Assembly (NCBI GenBank): GCA_040954595.2
Contig: CM082581.2
Coordinates: 5,262,699-5,326,698, forward strand
DNA from: Balanoglossus misakiensis
Taxonomy: Eukaryota > Animalia > Hemichordata
Length of the DNA: 64,000 nucleotides
Direction of reading: 5' to 3'
This document shows positions 1-11,800 of the stretch, in pieces. How positions within the stretch are numbered: position 1 is the first letter of the stretch; every line of letters begins with the position of its first letter. The notes under the pieces are model-generated. The model searched no databases and had not been told where the DNA came from. It was given only the letters and a program-made list of their open reading frames with translations. Position numbers and translations under genes: made by a program.

Positions 1-75
1 GTGACCTCGATCTGCACTTCACTCACAGGGACAAAAACAGTCAGACAACATCACAATCTCTATGTTTGTATCCAC

Positions 76-81
76 TTTATT
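76..81 (-). terminator. Candidate polyadenylation signal (implies ~2.7 kb 3'UTR)
   Basis: AATAAA at 81-76 followed downstream by GT/T-rich gtgatgttgtctgactgtttttgt; other AATAAA occur near 630 and 1320. Confidence 0.4.
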
Positions 82-2461
82 CTTGCATCAAAACAGTGCC
101 TCAGTCAATACATTTCACGCTTTAATCTGGCATAAAGATGCAAAACTATTGCAAACTTCAATTTCTTTGTTGTACACCTCTTTTAAACCCATGATATACC
201 AGTACATCAAACTAAAATGATACACAACACAAAATCTTACGTAATTAAGATATAATTAAAAGCTGCAATAATTTCTCTAAAATATACTGCTTCAAACATC
301 AAAAAGATGCAATCATTATTATTAGTAGTTACTGTTTCATTTCTTACATGTAAAACTCGCTTCATTGAAACTTGCAAATTGGCAAATTATTAATTTAAAA
401 TATATTTTTCCAGCACCTTTGCAGCAATTAGCGTTATGGGATAAAAACTGTACTGATATGAAGTGAATAAACATAAATTATTTTTCCCAAATAAAACCAA
501 GTAAATGTATTATAATAAATTTAATTTAATTTAAAATTTCATTAAATGAAGCAGTCATTATCACAGAAAAGAGTAATATAAATATGCAGTTCACAGATAC
601 CCACAGACTAAACAACACACTACCTACTTTTATTTAATTGTTTGGTTTTGATTCTTTACAAACAGATGCTTCAAATTGACAATAACATTTTGTGAGACAT
701 TATACCGTTCAATTTACTGTTTCAAAAGGACTATGTCATTATCATGTGACATTGTGTTTCATGTACAGGATTATAAAGTCATAAACATTGTTCTGCCTAG
801 TGTAAATTGAAATGATGGTAGATAAAACTTTGTTGACAATTTTCAGATATATCACATTCAATTTTGGTAGATGTCTGATATTGTTTCATCATGGTTATAA
901 GTATTCACATTTTTTTCTCAAAATGTATTAGTTCTACCAACTACTGATCCAGCAGGGCTTAATCAGCAGAACAACATAAACAACTTCTTATTGAAACAGA
1001 AATGACACAAATTACATGTCAAAAGATATTAACGAGACTTGCATGGTTTCTCAGTTGAGAGCTTAATTAACCATAATTAGAACATTGTTTAGTAATTATC
1101 ATCTGTGACATATCCCAACAACTACACCAATCCATTGACGAGGTCTGCAAAGTGTGGGAATGGACTGTGGTGAAACTCAGGCACCTACAGTACGGCTGAC
1201 CTCGCTTGACCTCACTATTACAATAAATATGAAATGGTGGGAAATTTGCAAACATGATTGTATCACACTGTTATATAGTGGTGAATAGATTAACACTCAA
1301 TCACACAAAAATACTAGTTTTATTCATATGCTTATTCACTATTGGCACTCAGGCAGAAGTCATACTCTGACACATTGGTAAAATAACATCTTCCATTATT
1401 ACCCAGATCAGGTACAGACAAAATGCCATCCACTTACCAAACACATGTACACACACACATTAGAAAACTACTTGACAAGTAAAACTATTCTATCTTGAAA
1501 ATCTTAACATTTCTGGGGTGGGTACGATGAACGAAAAAATCTTAACTTTAAAACATCTTAAAAATGGACAGATAAGGGGAAATGAAACAGACTAAAAATG
1601 TGGGAATTCTAATAATATACTCTTCTCATATTCTTTTGGAGTTTTTCCCTTCATCCATTCCAATTCTTTGTTCTTTTCAAACAATCTCTGTTTTATCTTA
1701 CTTTCATTCTGTCATGAAAATCAAACCACAAACTAGCCGTTGGATCAACAATCAATGCAATAAATAATGATAATTCAATGAAACAAAATAATTTAAAAGT
1801 AAATTACACATTTACAGTTTAATTCTTATGATTCTGTGTATACCAGTGTTGACAGAGAACGAAAGGTGAGAAAGAACCTGGAAACTTGCGTATTAACCAA
1901 ACTCCTAGACTGAGACCAACCTCACAAATTTAGGAGATATGTGTATATGTAAACCCAGCTGAGTCACAAACAGAGCATACAACTTCAACTCTTATATGTT
2001 GTCTAGCACTCTTACAAACTTCTGAACAATAAATATAACAGAAATATACATCCTACACATTTATATATTAATTTATATCTTCTATGTTAATTTTAATTTC
2101 AATTTTGATTTCTTCTTGCCAGTAGATTTTGTAATTTTTGAAGCACTCCAATTCCAGTTAATTACTTTAAAATATGTGTCCACTAAGTCTAAAAAAAAAT
2201 GGAGGCAGTTTTTGCTAAGTTTTGATTCACAACATGCAAGATATGGTCACACATTCTCTGCAATTCAAAATGCTCTCTTAAATAAAGCAAAGCTAAATTA
2301 AAAGTGTATTTTGTACTCATCAAGAATTCTGTATATATTAATGGACTTATTTATCCTGTGAAGTTCCTAAGGGCTAATAAAATTCTGTTACACATTTCTG
2401 ATTTCTCAGGCTTTTCTGACATGGATAAATAAAACAAAATCAAAACATTTTCCTTTCTTTG

Positions 2462-2527
2462 TCTGCCCTTCAACTTTCAGTTCTTTAAAACTTTTCTGCC
2501 CTTCATCTTTCAGTTCTTTAAAACTTT
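2462..2527. repeat. 33-bp tandem duplication in the 3'UTR
   Basis: tctgcccttca[a/t]ctttcagttctttaaaacttt x2. Confidence 0.9.
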
Positions 2528-2725
2528 TCAGAGACACTTCATGACAATGACTTCATCAAAGACGTGTTGATTTCACAGAAAAAAAATGAAAATAACATTA
2601 AACACTTAAAAGAGTACATGGACGAGTTATAACAACATCGTTTCAAAGATGCACACATGATCACACCAAGCAATTGACTTTTTCATGATTTTCACAACAC
2701 AATCCGACTACGGTGCTAAGTACGT

Positions 2726-2839
2726 CTAGAAGAGATTGACGGCTTTCTTGAGTTGTTGTTGTCTCCAGTGCGGAAGCTCTTCGTAGTCTTCAACGTCCAT
2801 GCGAAACGTGTTCAGGAAATCCTCTCGCGACAGGTGGTG
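2726..2839 (-). CDS. ABLIM: Last exon: HP35 subdomain of villin headpiece (HHLSREDFLNTFRMDVEDYEELPHWRQQQLKKAVNLF*)
   Basis: Headpiece pattern LS..F...F.M....Y..LP.W.Q..LKK...LF; AAG acceptor (cctttcctcgaag); TAG stop. Confidence 0.95.
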   Translation of the reverse strand, partial: HHLSREDFLNTFRMDVEDYEELPHWRQQQLKKAVNLF

Positions 2840-5800
2840 CTTCGAGGAAAGGTTATGAAAATAAACAAACAAGTAAATAAACAGGCATAGATTAAACAAA
2901 AATTGCATGATTTGTTGATGATTGGTAATGCGATTCTTAACCGGAAGAGTGTTTGGTGTCTTTGCATGTTGTTAGTAGTGTCTGTATGTAGTTCAAACAT
3001 GATGGTTATTGTGACTGATGTGAGAATATTAAATATTGTAGGAGAACACATAACAAGAACACAGACAAGAAAAGTGAGTTGACAGATCACGGGATTGCAT
3101 GACAGGTGCAGTGTGGCATAATTGAACTCATATTGACATATAGAATATTGGGTGAAGGTTGTCAAGGGAACGGTTGCGACGCTGCGAAAAGAGAAGCAGA
3201 GAGAGAGAGAAGAGTCGACAGTAAGAAACACAGAGACTACATGTACACATGTAACAAGCCAACAGAACACTGAAACACACTTTGTGTACATTCATTAGTA
3301 ACACAAACATTTTGAAAAGCGAAAGTTTCTTTTAATGTTCCAAAACACTGCACTTAACCCTCTCAGACTTGAACCCATGTAAAAACATGTATACTGGGGT
3401 AACATTGGGTAATACACGTAACCCAGGCCTGAAAGAGTTGAACCTTGTGATATTTCCGAGTTAACTGCACATTAGAATATAATGTTTGTGGTATTTACCT
3501 CCAGATTAGCTCTGTCCACATCTTTAGGCAGTTTGTAGTTTGTGGTGAACAGTGATTCAACTGGGTAAATCTGTAAGAGAAGTCAACGGTGAATTTGTAT
3601 TTTGAAGTGAACTAAGCCATTTACAAAGTACAATGTATAGTGAAACAGAGTATGATAAAAACTGTAATAGCAGGTATTATTGATATATCAAGAATTATAT
3701 TATACCAGTATATTGATGGTGTAAATCACGCTATTTGATTGGTCGAGACACGACACGTGACCGTGATATATTAGCCATATACCACAGTCATATATCATAG
3801 TTAAAGAAAATGCCTTTTTAAAATGTTTTATGCAAAGTTTCAATATACTGGCATAATATAATAGCAATAAAACACCCCCAGCCATGGTATACCACTCGAT
3901 TTTGACCAGTTCAACTCCATATACGCACTCGCTATCGCTCGTGCGTATATGTCGTGAACTGGTCAAAATCTCGTGATATACCATGGCTGGGGGTGTTTTA
4001 TTGCTTAAATACATCATGCAAATCTACTATGTATTATGTTTGATATGTCACTAGTACAAAAATGTATGTGCATGTACCGAAGGAGTAATTGTAACCCTTG
4101 CTGCGGCCAAACATGCAGGTACCATTCTACAGGGCATGTGCACACATCAGGAAGTCACTAAAATGTAACCAAACATCCCATGCACAGGATATACAAAAGA
4201 CAGACGTTACTGAATGGAAAATGAAGATTCTCACCATTCTGCCCGATGGAGACGACGACACATTCGGCATGGAGACCCCTTTGCGATACATATTCGGCAT
4301 GGACATGCCTTTGTTGTAATCTTTCTCGGTGTAACTCAAACCTTTGTTAGTTTGGTTCTTTCCAGCCTGACAAATATTAAACGGAGAGACAAAATTGAAA
4401 ATTCAGAGGTCATAATGCACAAAAATTACAATCAGATTATTTTAATATGCATTACACAAAGCTTTCAGTCGACTGCTGCACGAACACAATTGACAACTAT
4501 TATCTGAAATTAAAAACAAAAATAGCGAAGGTACGTGCTAAAAATCTGAAATTCATTCCAAAATTGAAAGGTGCAAGTACATCAATGCATAAAGCAAGGA
4601 AAGTAAAATCAGAAGGCATAGCAAGATACAGCTTTAAAGAGTGAGCTATTTGAGAAAGAACATGCTGTCAACAATTTTTCTATTCATATCTTGTATTCCA
4701 GAACATAAGAATGGATATTAAATAGTCCATCTTTATTTATACGAACATGAATAAAAATGTTTAAACATTGACAACGACATGCAATTTTTACCTAGTAAAC
4801 ATTTGTTATATTATTTATTTAATTTTCATTAGAAGTTAACACATTTATATTGATCTTAAATTATGGGGAAAACATGAAAAATAAACACAATTGCCAGAAA
4901 TTAAATTCACTGTTTGAAGTTTTCCCCAGTGAACACATATATTGAACGATGTAAAGTTTCAAAACGAAACTTGAAGATTTCCTCCCGGAGTCTATTGTTA
5001 GATAAGATATCTAATCATGATAAATGCACAGATCAATATTGTTTATCAGGGATATTCTTCACAAGTAATTGATTTGTGACACCAGTGTGTGTGGTGTCCA
5101 AAGTCGGACAAATGGGCTGTAAAGTTTAAACTGATCAACAACTTGATAGGGTGTCCATGAGGAACTGTTAATACAAACTGACCTCCATGGCTTATGCACA
5201 AAGCCATTTTTTAATTACCAAAAAAATAACATAATTTACGTGGAATAGTTGAAACTGAAGTTTGAAGACAAATTTTGCATTTTAACGAGTTAGGGTAGTT
5301 TGGTTCTACACAATAAACAAAACACTTGCATCATAGTGGAATCTCTTGATTTTCATTATTGATTATCAATTAGAATTTTTACACTGTTAGCAACACTACC
5401 CAAATGTACGTCAAAAGTTTTTTTTTCCTTTTTACAAACATTGCATTCCATGGAAGTGATATTCTTCCAAAAGTTACGAATCTTTTATTTTACTGGGACA
5501 ATATGCAAATTATTCACTTGACTTGTTTTTTTTCTGTCTCACAGTGATGTCAGGTGGTGAGATCATCATTCTACTTAATGGACAAAACCCAGACAGGGAT
5601 GATGATGAATTATCTGATAAAACAATCACAATAGATTTGAATTTGTACAGTGTTGCAAAGTCCAGCTGATAACACCCTCACGTAGCCTGGCACTAACATC
5701 ACAAATCGGTCAAAAATAGCTGCGAGTGGGCTGATATTACAGCAAGGGACAAAGGACACGACCCTACAACATGGAGACCTTGCTATGCCTGTAAATGCTT

Positions 5801-8800
5801 TATTCGTACTCCTTCAGTCATCAAACAATGGAGTCGTTGGCTGAATATATTTCAGTGTAGGCAAAGATTTATGATGCAATGTTGGGATCAACACAGTCCC
5901 CACATCCCTCCCTCCCTTGCAACAATCCAATTTTCACCCCCCCCCCCCCAAAAAAAAAATCACAACAATTTCCCCGGTATCTCAGACACTTGTTCACTAT
6001 GCCTATACATACCAGTATGTCTATTTAGTATTATCTCATTAAAAAAAAAACAGTACAGGAGAAGGAAGCTGGTGTCTTGTAACTGACTGAGAAACTTCAC
6101 TGCATTCATGAGCAAAAAATATTTCACTCGTTCCCAAGTTTCACAATCAGAGAACCCTTTACCACCAGTCAAGAATGAATTTTATGAAATATCTATTAGG
6201 GTGGGGAATGTTATAAAACCTTACTTGATCAAGTCCAAGTACATTGACTATTTTGAATACACAATGTAAAACCTTGTCCTACACCCTAATTCCATAAAGT
6301 ATAATCCCTTCTGATTTTTATGTGCGAGTTACAGATGCATAATATATTTTACCCAAAGCCATTTTATGCACAGACTGTCACACAAAGTGGAAGTGAAAGT
6401 GAAATAGCTGATACCATTCCTGGTCTTTCACCATTTATGACACGCTGCATAGTGACTCATAATTCTGCAATGGCGAGCACTGTCACTATTCCACATGCAA
6501 AGTTGCATTCAAATTATGCAATATGGAGAACTTGAAAATTATAAACATCATGAACCAAAATGATTTCAGAGTTAAGCAAAAAATAATGTATGCAGCTTGA
6601 TTTGTGTGTGCTTATTATTACTGAGGATTGTAACACCGTGTTTAAAACTGTATCAGAGTATGTGCTGTGAACAGAATGATTTTCACACGCCATGATTCAA
6701 ATGGTGGCAAAAAATCATCACGAAAAAACATCCTTGTCATGGCCAAGTACATGTATGCGGTGTTATCATGCATTTCCCCATGTAAGTGTAGGTCTGTGGT
6801 TGAACATACAAGTTTCCAACCAAAACATTACAAACCTTGGTTGATAGCATGTTTTCAAGTGACTACACAAGTCAACATTTAAAACAATGAAAAAGACAAA
6901 AAGGGAAAGAAAAAAAGAAATGCGAGTGAGAAGTTATCTTGTCTAGAAAAGTGTTGACAATCAATTAGTGACAATTAACAGTAATCAGCCAGCTCTTAAA
7001 TATCATTGCAGACTATACCAAGCAGGGAAAAGGACAAGTGCCTGTAAGCATTGATATATATTTCCAGTTATCATTGCCATGGTAACCATCTCATTTAATG
7101 CACAGAAAACTGTACGGATCTTTGTTTCCTTTTGGTCTGAGCCGAAACAAACTGATTAAATACTGAGAAATAATTTGTCTGTGTAATTTACTTTCACTAC
7201 ATAATTAACTGGTCAGAAACATTTTGTCTTCCCTATTATTATTAAACATAATAAGGTCCAACAAAACTCCGATTTTCCTGTATTTTATGGTGTAGTTACA
7301 TTAGGCTTGGAAATGAAAGTACATCAAACTACAGGCTAATGTGTGTAGTGAAAACCGGATTCTAAGTTTTGCTTTAATCAGTTTGACTTACTGTACAGTT
7401 TTCTGTCATGTTCTATGTTGAGAAGTTGTTACAATCGTATACTTCAATGAGCGGTTGGAATAGTCACCAATATTGATGTGATGGGGAGTTTTTTTGTTTT
7501 GAAGGCCAGTCATGCAAATTATGAAACATTTCGGTTGAACGAAATTTGGTGGGTTTTTTTCTCTATTTTCGGGTTTCACAAGAGATGTAGAAATATATTG
7601 TATCAAGTATCCACATTGGATGATGTCAGGAAAAATAAGCCAGTTGACAGTGTATTTTTTTAGTCTTTCTGAACAGCAACACTTGTGTGCACAGTAGTTT
7701 ACATGTATGTAAACAGGTAACTATTCCGTCCGCTTATAATTAATTGACATGCAAAAAACACTCATGACATTATTGCAACTATATGCAATACTGCAGCAAG
7801 GCATGGTGGGAGAAGCTGGTTATACAGTTAATCAGTATATAATTAATTAATTAGTTTGTTAATTGATTAATCAATGCATAAACACTGTGGGAAAAAAAAC
7901 ACTAATAAAAACAAACATGTAGTACCTCTACATTGGAAACCTTTGCTATGGCAAGTGTGGGCTGCATTCATCAAGTGAAAAAAGAAAAAAAAATTATACA
8001 GGGGTTTTAGAATGTGAATACACGGTATAATGTCATGCATGGCAGTCTATACTAAATAACAGTCAGGCTGGGTTGGTTTGTGTGTTAGACTGTACGGGCT
8101 CGTGTCATCTGTCAACAGTGTGTGGTGACCTCTGACCTTTTTTATATTTGCTGAGTAAGACATAAATCTACTTTGCATGGCACATTCGACAGTTCCGAAT
8201 TCCGTACTGATAAAGAACGTCAAGGATTTTCACAATCAAGGCTGATTTTGTTCTGATTTTTGTTCCCAGGAAAGATCAAATGCACTTCTGTCATGTGTCA
8301 GATGAATTTGTGGCATCGACACTGTCAAGAAAATTCAGCATTTTTTTCATTTGTCATGAATTCCTAAACAACCACCCGTTGCATAGGTCACATCATGTCA
8401 CATGATGTCCTGATAAAACGTTGTCAACATCAGCATTTTTCTACCAGTCAGATTGGCATACTCTTGTATCTGAGTAAGTTACAATATGCTCCCACTTCAC
8501 AAAAAAATGGCAGAAAAAAATACCCATTCACCTCAAGCCCCCCCCCCCCCCCCCCCCCCAAATTTCAAAACCAGAAAATTTGGATTAGACAACAGAATAT
8601 TAATTTTCAAATACACCTTGACTGCAAAGAATCACACAGATATTAACACAGGTGTATTTAATCACACTGGTTGAACCCCAGATCTGGCATAGAAAATATT
8701 CTGACATCAAAAATCAAGACTTGTTTTTTTCTACCTTGTGTGATGATGATGGTATATATGGCATTGATCTTCCTTTGGCAATCCTGGCTTGTCTCAATTC

Positions 8801-11800
8801 CCGCTCAGACATGGAACTCTTCCGGTGTTCGTAGGAATCATCCGGAGATGCCACGTATCGATTGGAATTATCCGGAGACGCCACATATTTATTGTTGTAG
8901 TCAGAATTGTAGGCAGAATCTGTGGACAAAAGAGACATTTCTGTGTATTTTCCCTAATTTTTTGAATTTTATTAATGATAGCAGTTGCAAACTTGATTTT
9001 GGTGAAATCAGTACTTTTAGTATTTTTTTTCTGTGACGCAAAGTGAATCAGCTGCAGCATGACAACAAAGAAAGATTTTCAGATTTTTTTTTTTCACTCA
9101 GATGAAACCACACAGTGAAACCAAAAGCTTGATAGCAGTGTTTGCCACACCAGTGATCATCACACATTTTGAATGTAATGCTTGTTGCAACAAGGAGAAA
9201 ACAACTTTGCCCCTTTAGCATGGTGTGATAAGTGGCGCGTGAGGCTAAAATCATGTACATGTACTGTTGATATGAGCAAGATCAGTTATTGTATGGGGGC
9301 TATTCTTGTAGTGGTGGATAATGGTTTGCTTGGCATCCAATACTAGTAATAATATGTTTGGCAAATCATCTTGCACCGTAGTCATCCAATTCAGTAAACT
9401 GTAGTTTTTTTATCAGATTTATTATGTCAAAATGGAGCACCAGCATTCATTTCAATTGCTGCTGAAAGTAGAATGTCAATAATCTCTGACAAAGAATCAT
9501 TATTTTTTTTCTACCAATACAAGCTTTTGTTTACATGTAGAAGGACTGGCAACTTTCAATCTGTAGTCTGACGACTTCAATCTGTAATCTGACTACTTTC
9601 AATCTATAGTCTGTCTACTTCAATCCATAATCTGACAATTTTTGATCCTTAGATCCATAGTCTGACTACTCTTAATCCGTAGTCTGTATCGGGCATCAAA
9701 CAAATCTCCACCACCAACCACCATTAGCACACGCTTCAAGTGAATGCATGGTGTGTGTGTGTGTGTGTGAATGCAGGCAAATGAAGTGAGGTGCAGTTTT
9801 ACCAGGCTCATCATGGTAACTTCTAGGTCTAGGTCTACCTGGACTTGTTGGCTGATCATTGCTGTATTCATTGTCATTGAAGTCCGTGGAGGACTTGCTG
9901 AAGTAGGAAAAGTTATAGGAGTTATCCTGGAAAAATAAAACAGAAAAAACACGTCAATTTAGCATCATGCATGGCTTGGCATGTGGTCACTCAGATGTCT
10001 TTGATTAAAATGAGAATATAGTCCAGAACCAACAAATGTTCCATGTGCTTTGTGAATATAGGCTCAGTGGTTTGAAATTTTATAAACTTTAGAAACTAAG
10101 TTGGTAGTAAAATACTTTTGGATGCAAAATTTTTGTTAAACAAACTTGCATTCTGAAAATGTCAAAAAGTTTTTGATATTATTTTTAAGGAAAATGCCAT
10201 GTCTGGAGTGTTAGAAAATTTAAATTTCATGTGATAGTTACTATTTGCAAGACACTATCTTTACATAATGTTTTGTCTGGTATAAATTATCCTAGCAATC
10301 ATCAGTGCATGTGGATGCATGGCACATATCAACATGCATTTAAAATTTCAATAACCTAATCAGAACTCATAAAAACATGATTCACAATCAACAGCAAAGC
10401 TGGTATGATGGTTATCTTATACGGTACAAACATGCACAGCTGTGAAATGTTAACCAGAAAACCCACACACATTTTCTCTTTCACTTTAGTTTCTGTCGGT
10501 CATTATGTTCCAAACACACTCTTTTACATGCACATACTCACACACACAAAACAATTAAAATACACAATTTTTAAAATAGTTCTTGACAAAAACAATCATG
10601 TAAATCCAACACAATCATCCTAATATCACAGAATTCAACCAAGAAAACTCTCTCATTTTATCATTTGACATATTAATATGCATTTTTCATGCATTGATTT
10701 TTTTTAGTCCAGACTCTGTCCTAACATTACAGCTGTTAGTTTTAAACATGGTTACTTCTCCTTCGGCGAATGGTAATTTTATCACATTCAAAGCATGCTG
10801 TCTGTTTGATGCATTTTTACATCGAACTACATTTCTAAAAATGTCTGTGTGTTGGTGAGGACGTGGTGAACAAACTTTTGAAAAGCGATTGTTATTTTTA
10901 GGTCAATGAATCAACCCTTACCTATACACAGGTTGAACTCTGACCCCTTCAGTTCACTGGAAATGTTTGTCTGCATGCCTAGTGTATAACTCATACCCAA
11001 CCTTTTTAAGTTTCACTTTCTCTTCAATATGGCGCGATCATCTGTATATAATTTAATTTTGTGCTGACTCACATACATGTGGAGATTTTTGGTTTCAACA
11101 ATTACATTACATGAATTTCTTTCATTTCAAACTTCACCCAATTCCAAAATAGATGTTTCTTTCTGAAATTTAAACCTATTAATTAAATACCCCTGCAGTA
11201 TCTGTTTTTAAAAAAATTATGATAATAATTCTAATCTAGGGTACAGTGTACAGTAATTTAACCTCAACCATATACACAGAATTTTATTTAAGAAATTAAG
11301 ATTTAATATTTTTAACAAAACCATAAAGGGTCTCAAATCAGGTACCAAACTGTGTATTAAAATTAAACTCTGTATTTCAAATTTGAAAATAAACGAAAGG
11401 CTTGGTTTTCTGGAAGCGTGAGGTTGACCACTAACATTTCTTATCAGTTTTGAAAAATGAGTTTAAGAATGTACACAACTGTGAAGATTTTGACAGCTTC
11501 CATCATTCTGTCAGCCTATAATTACTTGGGGTCAATGTGCCCTGTGGATGTACATCACATTTATCAGCTAAAATTTACTCTATTAAACACTTATTTTATG
11601 GTTATGGGACATTTTTTCTAGTATAAATTAGCTGTAAGGTTTCTCATTGTAGTTTTCCTCATTCAACAACATGTACAGAATTACTTGATTTCAGAAAAAA
11701 ATTATGACTGATATTTTGTGGGTTAGAGTTCCTGTAATCCAGTCAACATATACAAAAATCTTGCTGAATTTATGTCAAAAATTTCTGTGATGCAACAAAA

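Noticed and set aside
2812-3291. 159-aa hydrophobic ORF on the minus strand
   Set aside because: Translation of T-rich intron and polypyrimidine sequence, out of frame with the flanking exons.
8980-9051. Acceptor followed by a second KSTDF motif
   Set aside because: In the phase supplied by the upstream exon it hits a stop, and no suitable donor retains STDF; probably chance.
9551-9687. CRISPR-like periodic repeat
   Set aside because: Head-to-tail degenerate units without unique spacers, in a eukaryotic intron; an ordinary minisatellite.
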